DNA of 64,000 bases from Ruminococcus sp. (lineage in GTDB: Bacteria > Bacillota > Clostridia > Oscillospirales > Acutalibacteraceae). The notes under the pieces were generated by a model. The model worked only from the letters and a program-made list of their open reading frames with translations, was not told the origin of the DNA and made no database searches. Position 1 is the first letter of the stretch, and the number at the start of each line of letters is the position of its first letter. Below are positions 11,041 to 21,111 of this stretch, in pieces. The stretch covers positions 6,392 to 70,391 of the forward strand of contig JAFLSJ010000002.1 in the NCBI GenBank assembly GCA_022511005.1. Reading direction: 5' to 3'. Position numbers and translations under genes: made by a program.

Positions 11041-12912
11041 TTAATCGTTAGTTTTATGATTAAATGTAGGAACTATTTTTGATAAAAATTCGACTGTTCC
11101 GTCACTGTCGTTTTCTTCTGCATATTTTTTAAGCTTTTCTAAATTATTTAAAAGTTCTTCAGGATTTATTTCAATCTGCTTACCTATAAAGATTTTTTTA
11201 TTGGCAGTAGATTTCAACCCTTCTTCATCCATAAGAAGCTCTTCAAACAGTTTTTCACCGGGTCTTAACCCTGTAAATTTAATTTCAACATCTTTGTACG
11301 GTACTTTCCCGTACATACGAATTAAATTTTCTGCCAATGTAAGTATTTTTACAGGCTCTCCCATATCAAGAACAAATATCTCTCCGCCTTTTGCAATTGC
11401 TCCTGCTTCAAGCACAAGAGATACTGCCTCGGGAATAGTCATAAAGTATCTTATAATATCAGGGTGGGTTACCATTACCTGATTTGTGGTTTCAATTTGC
11501 CTTTTGAATAGTGGTATTACACTTCCGTTTGAACCTAAAACATTGCCGAAACGGGTCGCTACAAATTCAGTTTTACTGCTGTTTTGAGCCTTGTACTGAA
11601 TTATCATTTCGCAACATCTTTTGGTAGCTCCCATAACATTTGTAGGATTTACCGCTTTATCTGTTGAAATAAGTACAAATTTTTCTGCACCGTATTTTTC
11701 AGCAAGATTTGCAACATTGAATGTTCCGAAAATATTGTTTTTAACTGCTTCTTCAGGAGATGTTTCCATCAAAGGTACATGCTTATGAGCAGCAGCATGA
11801 AAAACAAGATTCGGCTTATACTGAGCAAAAATCTTATCCATTTTATCATAATCTCTTACGGAAGAAATTAATGTAACAAGATTAAGATTATCTCCGTATT
11901 CAATAATTAATTCTTGTTGTATATCATATGCGTTATTCTCATAAATATCTACAATAATTATTTGCTTTGGATTGTATTTGGCTATTTGGCGTACAAGCTC
12001 ACTTCCGATAGAGCCGCCTCCTCCGGTCACCAAACAAATCTTATCATTAATAAGTTCTTCAATAACAACCTTATCAAATACAATAGGCTTTCTTCCAAGT
12101 AAATCTTCAATTTTTATTTCTTTTGCCTGAGTAATAAGCTGAGTGTGTTTTTCATCAAATAAAAGCTCGCTTAAATAGGGTATTATTTTTATTTTACACT
12201 CAGTCTTTGAACAATGATCAAGAATTCTGCGTTTGTCTTCCTCTTCGCATGAGGGAACCGCAACAATAATTGTATCTATTTTAAAACTCTTGCAAATCTG
12301 CTCTATATCTTCACTTGTTCCTACAACGGAAATTCCATTAATTTTACTGTTTTGCTTAGACAAATCGTCATCAATAAAGCAAACCGGCAAAACATTTTTT
12401 GTAGGGCTGTTTTCGTCAAACCGAGCATTATTGATCTCCGTTAAAATCATTTTTCCTGCGTTACCTGCACCTACAATTAAGGTTCTGTCGGCAACTTCAG
12501 ATCTACCTGCAAAAGTAAGGTCAAGAAATGCTCTTTTAAAAATAACTCTGAAAATTAAAACCCCTACTGTTGATATTATGAAATAAATCAAAACAAATAC
12601 AATATTCTGATCTATGGGTAAAATCAATGATGCACCATAGCTTAATGCGAAACCCAATGCCATTGCCATACCGCAATAAAAATAGTCCTTGACATTAAAA
12701 CAACGCCACAGTCTTGAATATGCTCCAAATACAAAAAGCATAAAGATACATAAAATTAAATCAATTATAATGTCATACAATAGACCTCTGCTGGCAGCCG
12801 TAAATGAGGAATTAAAAAGAGATAATATATAGTTTGTAATAATACCGCTGACTATAATAATGAATATATCGGCAACCGCAAGAATTATCTTACGAAAATT
12901 TATAACTTTCAT
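11041..12912 (-). CDS. Membrane-bound UDP-GlcNAc 4,6-dehydratase (CapD/PglF/WbpM family)
   Basis: 4 N-terminal TMs, GAGNAG, TGGGGSIGSEL, HAAAHKHVP, STDKAVNP, RFGNVLGS. Confidence 0.93.
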   Translation of the reverse strand: MKVINFRKIILAVADIFIIIVSGIITNYILSLFNSSFTAASRGLLYDIIIDLILCIFMLFVFGAYSRLWRCFNVKDYFYCGMAMALGFALSYGASLILPIDQNIVFVLIYFIISTVGVLIFRVIFKRAFLDLTFAGRSEVADRTLIVGAGNAGKMILTEINNARFDENSPTKNVLPVCFIDDDLSKQNSKINGISVVGTSEDIEQICKSFKIDTIIVAVPSCEEEDKRRILDHCSKTECKIKIIPYLSELLFDEKHTQLITQAKEIKIEDLLGRKPIVFDKVVIEELINDKICLVTGGGGSIGSELVRQIAKYNPKQIIIVDIYENNAYDIQQELIIEYGDNLNLVTLISSVRDYDKMDKIFAQYKPNLVFHAAAHKHVPLMETSPEEAVKNNIFGTFNVANLAEKYGAEKFVLISTDKAVNPTNVMGATKRCCEMIIQYKAQNSSKTEFVATRFGNVLGSNGSVIPLFKRQIETTNQVMVTHPDIIRYFMTIPEAVSLVLEAGAIAKGGEIFVLDMGEPVKILTLAENLIRMYGKVPYKDVEIKFTGLRPGEKLFEELLMDEEGLKSTANKKIFIGKQIEINPEELLNNLEKLKKYAEENDSDGTVEFLSKIVPTFNHKTND

Positions 12913-12975
12913 TTTACTCTAAACAACTCCTAAAATAAAAAGCTGTCAAACTTATAATTTAAATATATTTATTAA

Positions 12976-13004
12976 ATTATACAATAAAGTAAAAACTGTG
13001 TCAA
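12976..13004 (-). promoter_or_regulatory. Consensus sigma-A promoter for capD-glmS
   Basis: Minus strand TTGACA (13004-12999), 17 nt, TATAAT (12981-12976). Confidence 0.85.
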
Positions 13005-13104
13005 CAAAGCTTAAAATTTAAAAATAGTAACTATTACTTTTATTTAAATACAAATGAGTCAAAAGCAGGGTTTATCTTATCCTTATCTTATAATTTTACT
13101 TCTT

Positions 13105-14661
13105 CTATTTCTTATTCTTTATAAATTTATTTAAACCCTTATTTATTATTCTTAGTGCAGTTGTTTTCAAGTAGGCAAATTCTTTTGTTTTATAAAAAGC
13201 AAGCAAAAATATTCCATTAGATACAACTGTACAGATTATAATTTTCAAGATCAAATCAGCAAATAAATTTATACTAACTAACGAACATAAAAAGAAACAA
13301 GTTGCTCCGCTTGCTAAAAGCATCACTAAATACCATAAGTATTTTTTTAAATAAATTAAGGGACTTTTTCCAAAGCCAAACTTAAATAACGCAAAGGGCT
13401 CATACCAAGTATTTGTAACAAGCCTAGATATAGCTGTAGCCAAAAAAATTCCGAATACACCTAAATAATATCCTAAAATTATATCTCCTACTACATTAAT
13501 GGCAGCCGTTATAAATAATATAAATCGACCGTATTTGAACATACCCATAGTATTTTTAAATGTCCATACAGCATTTTGCATACCTACCATATACAAATTT
13601 ACAGCAAGTATTAATGGTATTTCCCAAGACATAACATACTTTTCACCAAAACACAAGTCCACAATATTAGAAGTTACGCAAATTATTCCAATAGAAGCAA
13701 ACCCATAAAGCCAGAAGTTTGTTAAATTAAGGACCTTGAAAAAATTATATTGTTTCTCCTTACTTTCTACCGCATTTAAATTTCCTACACTTGCAGTCAA
13801 TGCATTAAATACATTTTTTATCATAGTATCAAGCATATTAATTAATAAGGTATAGTTTGAAGCTAAACCGGTAATCCCTAAACCGCTAAAATACGTAATA
13901 ACTAAATTATCTGTATTGTTAACAAGTATACCACTCACCTTATATGCAGTAATATTTTTAACATTATTAAATATTTTTATTTTTTCTTCTTTTGGTAAAG
14001 GCATAACGTTCTTCTTATCCATAAAAGGATAATCCTTTTTAGCCCACAAAGTAATTACAATGTTATATACCCAAGTGAATATTGTCTGAATTATTAAATA
14101 AGGTAAGTATGACCTTAAAACTACCAGTAATCCTATTTGTACAATACTCTGTAATATAGTACAAGCATAACTAACACCAACTACAATATAACTGCGTTGG
14201 AATGCTGTAATTAAAGCACTTCTATAGCTAAAAAAATAACTGCTTACTGTATTAAATAAAAAAATACCATAAATTAAATATATGCTTTCATTAATTGCAG
14301 ATGTATCACCAACTACGAAGGTTAAGCAAGGTACCAATATAACCCCTAATACAGCAACAATTATACCGATTAATCTGTAAGCATACTTAAATAAACGCAT
14401 TAAGGAAGCAATTTTTTCCTCGTCATTTTCTGCAATAGGTTTATATAATGAAAATATTATAGCACTTCCGATTCCTAATTCCGCTAAAGATAACATACTT
14501 AAGAAATTTGTAAGTAAACCTGTTATACCTAAATACTCCTCGGATAAAACCCTTACAAACACCATTCTGCATACGTAACCGAAAACTGTATTTATAAAAT
14601 AACCAACAAAACCTGTAAGCATATTTAATAAAGAATATTGCGTTCTTGACTTCTTTCTCAT
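13105..14661 (-). CDS. Polysaccharide flippase (Wzx/MATE-like)
   Basis: About 12-14 hydrophobic segments, LSLAELGIG motif, position in the locus. Confidence 0.85.
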   Translation of the reverse strand: MRKKSRTQYSLLNMLTGFVGYFINTVFGYVCRMVFVRVLSEEYLGITGLLTNFLSMLSLAELGIGSAIIFSLYKPIAENDEEKIASLMRLFKYAYRLIGIIVAVLGVILVPCLTFVVGDTSAINESIYLIYGIFLFNTVSSYFFSYRSALITAFQRSYIVVGVSYACTILQSIVQIGLLVVLRSYLPYLIIQTIFTWVYNIVITLWAKKDYPFMDKKNVMPLPKEEKIKIFNNVKNITAYKVSGILVNNTDNLVITYFSGLGITGLASNYTLLINMLDTMIKNVFNALTASVGNLNAVESKEKQYNFFKVLNLTNFWLYGFASIGIICVTSNIVDLCFGEKYVMSWEIPLILAVNLYMVGMQNAVWTFKNTMGMFKYGRFILFITAAINVVGDIILGYYLGVFGIFLATAISRLVTNTWYEPFALFKFGFGKSPLIYLKKYLWYLVMLLASGATCFFLCSLVSINLFADLILKIIICTVVSNGIFLLAFYKTKEFAYLKTTALRIINKGLNKFIKNKK

Positions 14662-14695
14662 TTTTGCTCCTTTAATGTTTACTCTAATACTAATT

Positions 14696-14835
14696 TCTGA
14701 TTAAAAGCTTTAAACAGATGTTAGCGGAAAATTTTGCGGAGCAAGGCGGAGGACGCGGCAAGGCTGACGCCTTGCAAGGACAACAACGCTGCTATGTGAA
14801 TTTTAACGCAACAGATATTAAAGCTTTTAGTTAGA
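14696..14835. repeat. 140-bp imperfect fold-back element (MITE-like or structured RNA)
   Basis: Terminal taaaagctttaa/ttaaagctttta arms and a central gcaaggc-tgac-gccttgc hairpin; GC-rich core in an AT-rich locus. Confidence 0.6.
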
Positions 14836-14837
14836 TA

Positions 14838-15995
14838 TTAGTATAAAACAGCAAATAGTTTAATCGCCATACCTTGAACAAATGGCATACTGCCATATCT
14901 TTGTGAAAACACTCCAATATCCTTTGTATCACCAAGACAACCGTCAATAACACCGTTTATTTTTGTATGTTTTATAATTTTCAATAAGCAGCGATTTGCT
15001 ATATCCGTATATTCCTGCATGTCAAACTCTTTACCGCAAATTGCATAAAAATAACCCAGCATTACTGTTGCAGAACTATCATAATGCTCCTGATCCTGTA
15101 CAATTGTAGAAAATCCATCGTCTTTTCTTTCAAAACGTTTCCAATTTTCTGCGGCTTCTTTCATATAAGCCGCCAGAACTTTCTTATTTAAATTATCATC
15201 AAGTTCCAGATATAAATCAGTTAAACCTAAAGAGTACCACCCCATGCCTCTGCCCCAACCGTATATTCCTAAGGGAATTTCTGAAACCGATTGAAAGCAA
15301 TGAACCGGAAAATTTTTATAAAAACCCTTTTCTCTGAAAAGTTTAATCTGGTTGATAGCTAAATCAATATATTCAGTTTTATTATAAATCTTACCGTATA
15401 GTCCAAGAAACGGACATACAAATCCTAAAGTATCCACATATCTGCGACGGGCATTTTTACCTGCTGAATAACTTATCATGCCATCATCACATAAATTATA
15501 TTCAATGCAGTCTATCATTTGTTCCATAGCTTTATGTATTGATTGCTTGTCTTTCTCGCATTTCAATAAAACATATGCCAGCATAGCAAAATCAACTTTT
15601 TTTACTGAAACACTCCAACCACCGTCTTTATCAAGAAATTGTTTCTTTATTTTTTGAAAATCACTGTCAAAACAATTTTCCTGAAATGCTTTCATTCCTA
15701 ATATGCATCCCGCCGTTTGCCAACTTTGAACCATAGGCTTAGAGTATTTGCCTTTTAATCTGTCAATTAACAAATAACGACAATCGTCTCTTAACTTTAA
15801 TTTTGGTGTTTTAACACTCCACTTTTTGCATACTTTTAAAACTGCATTTTTCCACTGCTGTTTATTTTCCCATCTTCCAATATGATAGTGACTTAAATTT
15901 TCATACAAGGCTGAAATCGCATCATAACCAACAAGAATAATTAAAACAAGCGCAATCAGACTTATAATAATCAAAACATATAACATCTTATTCAC
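14838..15995 (-). CDS. GH105/GH88-like (alpha/alpha)6 glycoside hydrolase with N-terminal membrane anchor
   Basis: YVDTLGFVCPFL, WGRGMGW, DSSAT motifs. Confidence 0.75.
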   Translation of the reverse strand: MNKMLYVLIIISLIALVLIILVGYDAISALYENLSHYHIGRWENKQQWKNAVLKVCKKWSVKTPKLKLRDDCRYLLIDRLKGKYSKPMVQSWQTAGCILGMKAFQENCFDSDFQKIKKQFLDKDGGWSVSVKKVDFAMLAYVLLKCEKDKQSIHKAMEQMIDCIEYNLCDDGMISYSAGKNARRRYVDTLGFVCPFLGLYGKIYNKTEYIDLAINQIKLFREKGFYKNFPVHCFQSVSEIPLGIYGWGRGMGWYSLGLTDLYLELDDNLNKKVLAAYMKEAAENWKRFERKDDGFSTIVQDQEHYDSSATVMLGYFYAICGKEFDMQEYTDIANRCLLKIIKHTKINGVIDGCLGDTKDIGVFSQRYGSMPFVQGMAIKLFAVLY

Positions 15996-17139
15996 CCATT
16001 ACTTTTTTCAAAGCATCAACTGCAAGTTGAGTTTTTTTCTTATATTCAGGCATAATTTTCTCCAAATGATTTCTAATACTTTCTTCATTGCTTTCTATCC
16101 AACAATACGCACTAACCAGATCATCTTTATTCTTCAAGGATTGAACCGGGATAACGTAGTCATTATATCTTCCAAATAAATCTTTAGCAATTCCTTTTGC
16201 CTTAACGGAATATCCTACAACCAATGTAGGAACACAACTTGAATATGCCGCAATTGTTGCATGAGTTCTCGCTCCAACAAAAATTCTGCATTTAGAAATA
16301 ATGTATTTTTGTCTTGTACAGTCATGATCATCAACCATAACAACTCTGTCATTTTCAGCAAACATTTTTTTAAGTTCACTAAGTGGTTTTCTGTCGTCAT
16401 TACTTGCCCAGACAACATGCGGAATTAATGCAACTGTATCTTTTGTATTTTCTAATATATATTGAATTAAATTTTTATAATTTTCCATTGCAATACCGGT
16501 CACCTGCTCACGAGTAGCAATCATAGGGCTTACATTTACCCCTATATATGATTTTGCCGGTAATGCTGTTTCTTGTTTTGGCAATACAAAAGCAGGGTCA
16601 ACTGTTAGTATTGTATTAGGATTTATTTTTTTAAGTGCTTCATAAGTAATAGTTTCCCTGGCACAAATCAAGTCATAACCTTTTAAATCCTCTGCCATAT
16701 TATCGTCAATATAGTCAGGTTCAACAGAACAACCCCATAAAACGGTCTTGCACCCTTGATTTCTTAGATAACTGTTAACTCTATAAAGAAAATTCGGAGT
16801 ATCATAACAATAAATATCTCCACCAATAGATAAAAGAACATTATTCTTTTTACAATTATTAAATACCGGAGAAAATGTTTTATTGTAAAATGCATCAGAT
16901 TGACGAAAAAGATATTTTTTAATTAAACATGACATATGCGCAAAAGTAAACCTTTTAATTTCGTAATTTGCTTTTTTTAGTTCAACATCAATATCATTAA
17001 TATACCTTAAATCCTCTCGTGGATTATCTGACAACAGAATTATCTTTTCTTTACTTATTAACCTTTTTGTCGACCTGACAATAGCCTCACAACCATGGTT
17101 GCCACTACCTATATGTGGGTATAAAACTATGGTTTTCAT
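15988..17139 (-). CDS. Polysaccharide pyruvyl transferase family protein
   Basis: GNHGCEAI, SIGGD, ARE, DPAF, GARTHATIAA motifs. Confidence 0.88.
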   Translation of the reverse strand: MKTIVLYPHIGSGNHGCEAIVRSTKRLISKEKIILLSDNPREDLRYINDIDVELKKANYEIKRFTFAHMSCLIKKYLFRQSDAFYNKTFSPVFNNCKKNNVLLSIGGDIYCYDTPNFLYRVNSYLRNQGCKTVLWGCSVEPDYIDDNMAEDLKGYDLICARETITYEALKKINPNTILTVDPAFVLPKQETALPAKSYIGVNVSPMIATREQVTGIAMENYKNLIQYILENTKDTVALIPHVVWASNDDRKPLSELKKMFAENDRVVMVDDHDCTRQKYIISKCRIFVGARTHATIAAYSSCVPTLVVGYSVKAKGIAKDLFGRYNDYVIPVQSLKNKDDLVSAYCWIESNEESIRNHLEKIMPEYKKKTQLAVDALKKVMGE

Positions 17140-17140
17140 T

Positions 17141-18190
17141 TCACGCACTCCTAATTTTATAAATATAATAAACTAAATTATATCTCTTTAAATGTAATAA
17201 CCTAAAAATAAGTCTAACCTTTTTATTTTTTATGTCCTTATAATTAACCTTTTTTAATATGGATATCATTCTATATTTCTCAATAACTTCTTTTAACTCA
17301 GTTATAATTGTTTTCTTATCTGCTTTTCGATTCTTATCAAAAATCATATTAAAAACAACGATTTCTAAAAGATTTAAAGTTTCCAATAATAACTTATCTT
17401 CAAAATCTTTGTTTTGTAAATCATTATGTTTTGAAAGAAAATGGTATCTTTCATTTGTAGTTAATAAATAGGATGTTACCAGCTTCTTATCATATTTATT
17501 TAAAACCGTAGTAATATGATCTGAAGAATAATTGTATAATGGAATATCTACATATCTAACAACATTAGAATAATAAAATAAAATTAAATTAAACAAATTA
17601 TCTTCAAGATGATTTATTCTTTCATCAAATTGTATTCCAACTTGATTAATAAATTTTCTGCGATAAATTTTGGCCCAAGGCACACCAATACCCGTATAAA
17701 TTTTTTCTTGAGGTTGTCCATAGGAAGTATCAAGCAACTGAAAATACAAATCTCTTTTAGATTTATAAGTATTTTCGAAAATCCTATTTCCATCAAAAAA
17801 ATGATCAACAACAACCATATCATCAATATTAACATTACAACAAGAACAAACTATATCTGTTTCCGGGGTAAGTTTTTTAAACAAATATTCAACAGCATTT
17901 TGCTCTAACCAATCGTCTGAATCTACAAACATAACATACTCACCTTTAGATTCCTTAAGTCCATAATTACGAGCAGCAGACACACCTTTATTATTTTGAT
18001 GATAAACTATAATATTTTCGTTAGAAACACTCAATTCCTTACATTTTTTTAAACTATTATCTGTAGAACCATCATCAACAATTATGATTTCTATATTGGA
18101 ATATGTTTGTGAAATAATACTATTTATACATTTTTTTATTGTTTTTTCTCTATTATATACTGGAACAATAACAGAAATTAACGGTAGCAT
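17141..18190 (-). CDS. Glycosyltransferase family 2
   Basis: SVIVPVYN, VDDGSTD, FVDSDD. Confidence 0.92.
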   Translation of the reverse strand: MLPLISVIVPVYNREKTIKKCINSIISQTYSNIEIIIVDDGSTDNSLKKCKELSVSNENIIVYHQNNKGVSAARNYGLKESKGEYVMFVDSDDWLEQNAVEYLFKKLTPETDIVCSCCNVNIDDMVVVDHFFDGNRIFENTYKSKRDLYFQLLDTSYGQPQEKIYTGIGVPWAKIYRRKFINQVGIQFDERINHLEDNLFNLILFYYSNVVRYVDIPLYNYSSDHITTVLNKYDKKLVTSYLLTTNERYHFLSKHNDLQNKDFEDKLLLETLNLLEIVVFNMIFDKNRKADKKTIITELKEVIEKYRMISILKKVNYKDIKNKKVRLIFRLLHLKRYNLVYYIYKIRSA

Positions 18191-18193
18191 ACA

Positions 18194-19198
18194 TTAAGCT
18201 CCTCTGAGTTCTATACGTTTCTTTTGTTGTTTAATAATAAATGAATAGCCAAAATAATTTGTCTTACGTAAAATTACAAGCGGTAAATATCTAATTCCTT
18301 CATAAATTTCGGGAAATTCTTTTTTTAGCCACAAATCATACTCTACAAACTCTTGTTTTAAAGAATTTTTATTTTCCATTAAAACAAGCATTTCAAAATA
18401 ATAATAACTTAATGAACGCAATCGTTCATAATATATTTTTTGTAATTGCAAATTTTTCGTTTCGTTCTTTGTTAAGCATAAAAGGGTCCGTAAAACATAC
18501 TCAAACTCCTTATAATGTCTTTTCATTCCTTCAACACTAACGCTTTGACCCGGACGAGCTAAACGATAACAATAAATACTATAAGGCATTATTGTAACGC
18601 TTTTACAGCAATTACAACTTCTAAATACATATTCATTATCTGTATAAAAACAATGCTCTGTTACCGAAATATTATTAGCCTTTAATAAAGCAGTTTTAAA
18701 TGTTAACGCGTACATTTCAATGCTATACGGAAATACGGGTATTTCATCTATTGTACTATTTTTTACTTTATCTGTTGTGTAATAAGGATTATCTACAATA
18801 ACCGATTTATTGGTGCCATCATAAAATTTTGTAAAAGCAGTAACTACCATATCAGATTCACATTTTTCCAACTCGTCTAAAAATGCTGCCAAATCATCTT
18901 TATTGTAATAATCATCACCATCAAGTTGTTTAAAATATTTTCCTGTAGCATTTTGTATTCCTGTTGTAACAGTAGAGCCCCAGCCACCGTTTTTCTTGTG
19001 AACCACCTTAAACACTTCCGGATAATCGCTCTCATATTTTCTTGCAATTTCCAAAGTATTATCAGTAGAACCATCATCAACAATTAAAACTTCTAATCTT
19101 TCTTTTTCTTTAACATTTACAAAAGAGTTTAATGCCTCATCAATATAGTCCTGTACGTTATAAGCAGCTATAGATACTGTTAATATTTTTTTCATCAT
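18194..19198 (-). CDS. Glycosyltransferase family 2
   Basis: TVSIAAYN, DDGSTD, LDGDD. Confidence 0.92.
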   Translation of the reverse strand: MMKKILTVSIAAYNVQDYIDEALNSFVNVKEKERLEVLIVDDGSTDNTLEIARKYESDYPEVFKVVHKKNGGWGSTVTTGIQNATGKYFKQLDGDDYYNKDDLAAFLDELEKCESDMVVTAFTKFYDGTNKSVIVDNPYYTTDKVKNSTIDEIPVFPYSIEMYALTFKTALLKANNISVTEHCFYTDNEYVFRSCNCCKSVTIMPYSIYCYRLARPGQSVSVEGMKRHYKEFEYVLRTLLCLTKNETKNLQLQKIYYERLRSLSYYYFEMLVLMENKNSLKQEFVEYDLWLKKEFPEIYEGIRYLPLVILRKTNYFGYSFIIKQQKKRIELRGA

Positions 19199-19211
19199 TT
19201 TCTCCTAAATA

Positions 19212-20132
19212 TTACGGCTTTACTATGGGGCCTAATTTTCCTGTTAATCCGTGTCTTACTCCTTTAAACAACATTTTTATTGTTTTAAACTTTTTACATT
19301 TAATATTAAAAATAGCCAAAAGTTTTACAAAAATCAATTCAAAAGCAATGGCTTTATATTGCTTGTTTTGCTTATACATCCAAGTAAAGTTTCTTGCTGC
19401 ATAATACTCTTTCCAAGGCACCTCTACGAAAAACGGCATTTTTTTACCTAATACATTTTTCTCAAAAGTTTCAGGTCTTGGGTGATTATAGCGAGAATCA
19501 ACAACAGTCACAACATAGGCTCCTGAAACAAAGGAACGATGTTTGTAATTAACTTCATCACCCTTTATAAAAAATTCCTTATTCGGATACCCTATCTCTG
19601 CTACCAGTTCACGAGACACCAGTGTACCGTTGAATGGATTTGCTTCTCCCTCGATAATACCATTTTGGGCAATTTGTAAAGCACCTTCAACAGTATAAAT
19701 ATTATTTATTTTAAAAGAAAGCATATCACCTTGCTGTACCAATGAATTTATAAACAACTTTTTATCGCCTTTGTTTTGATTGTAAAACTCAATTGCCTTA
19801 TTATACAAAATACTAAATGTGTTTTCGTCTGCAGCAGCGCCATCATCATCCATTAAAACTATCCAATCAGCACCATCATCATAAGCAGCTTTTGTGCCAA
19901 CATAAAATCCGCCTGCCCCTCCGATATTTGATTCTGTTTTTATATATTTAAACTGTTGGTTGTTTATCCAGCCTTTATTTTGCAAAAACTCATAGGTACC
20001 GTCGGTAGAGCAATTATCTATAATAAATATTCGATCAAATTTTTTAGTTTGTTTTAATAACATTTCAATGTTATTAGCAAGTAATTCTTTGCGATTATAT
20101 GTTACTATTACTGCTACAAACAAATTATTCAT
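19212..20132 (-). CDS. Glycosyltransferase family 2 (GlfT1/rhamnosyltransferase-like)
   Basis: VIVTYNR, NIGGAGGF, LMDDD, FFIKGDE; likely start 20132. Confidence 0.88.
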   Translation of the reverse strand: MNNLFVAVIVTYNRKELLANNIEMLLKQTKKFDRIFIIDNCSTDGTYEFLQNKGWINNQQFKYIKTESNIGGAGGFYVGTKAAYDDGADWIVLMDDDGAAADENTFSILYNKAIEFYNQNKGDKKLFINSLVQQGDMLSFKINNIYTVEGALQIAQNGIIEGEANPFNGTLVSRELVAEIGYPNKEFFIKGDEVNYKHRSFVSGAYVVTVVDSRYNHPRPETFEKNVLGKKMPFFVEVPWKEYYAARNFTWMYKQNKQYKAIAFELIFVKLLAIFNIKCKKFKTIKMLFKGVRHGLTGKLGPIVKP

Positions 20133-21103
20133 CCTTTCTTTAGATAATTTCTGCATTTTGCATATATATAAGGCATAAAAAAAGCAATCACACCTTGTAA
20201 TTTTCGGTTAATTCCATAATGTTTACCGGCTAAAAATGCCCATAAATTTTTTCTTAAATATTTACAAAGACTTTTCCACACAGGTTTATTAATTATACCG
20301 TCTTTTTTATATAAATAAATTAAATTAAGTGCAATGTTATAAATTTGTTCTCCGGCAATAATAAAAACTTCAGAATTTTTTTGACTGCCTTCAATTATTT
20401 TTTCATAAGTTCGAATACTATAAAATTTATCTAAAGAAAAACCACCTAATGTAGCAGAATTTTCACGTTGAAAATAATGATAAACCCTGGACTGCGGGTC
20501 AAAACAAACCTTTTTACAATATTTTAAATACCTAAAAGCAAAGTCCATATCCTCAGTTGTTCCCACGTCATCTAAAAACTTTAAATTATATTCATTAATA
20601 ATTTTTAATTTGTATAATTTATTCCATGCAAATCCTCTTATATTGGGATACGATAATAAGGCTTTTTGAGCTTCTGCACCATTCATTTCAATAAACCCGA
20701 CATTTTCATTTGCTGCAACACTTTCTCCATTTTCATAATCTATATAATGTCCTAAACAAACTAAATCAGGATTATATTTATCATACAATTCAATAAACCG
20801 TGATATATAATTGGTCTCAACCCAATCATCCGGATCAGGGAAAATAATATATTGTCCCTTTGCAACATCAATGCCCGTATTTCTTGCAGAAGATAACCCG
20901 CCGTTTGTTTTATGTACAACACGAATTAAAGCAGGATATTTTTCTGCATATTCATCGCACATTACTCCGCTCTTATCCTTTGAACCGTCATCAATTAATA
21001 TAATCTCCATCTCATCAGTTGTTTGATTCAAAAGTGTTTCCATGCAACGGGTTAAATATCTCTCCATATTGTATACAGGTACAACAACAGATACTTTCTT
21101 CAT
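20129..21103 (-). CDS. Glycosyltransferase family 2
   Basis: SVVVPVYN, DDGSKD, NGGLSSARN, DPDD. Confidence 0.92.
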   Translation of the reverse strand: MKKVSVVVPVYNMERYLTRCMETLLNQTTDEMEIILIDDGSKDKSGVMCDEYAEKYPALIRVVHKTNGGLSSARNTGIDVAKGQYIIFPDPDDWVETNYISRFIELYDKYNPDLVCLGHYIDYENGESVAANENVGFIEMNGAEAQKALLSYPNIRGFAWNKLYKLKIINEYNLKFLDDVGTTEDMDFAFRYLKYCKKVCFDPQSRVYHYFQRENSATLGGFSLDKFYSIRTYEKIIEGSQKNSEVFIIAGEQIYNIALNLIYLYKKDGIINKPVWKSLCKYLRKNLWAFLAGKHYGINRKLQGVIAFFMPYIYAKCRNYLKKG

Positions 21104-21111
21104 AAATACTC

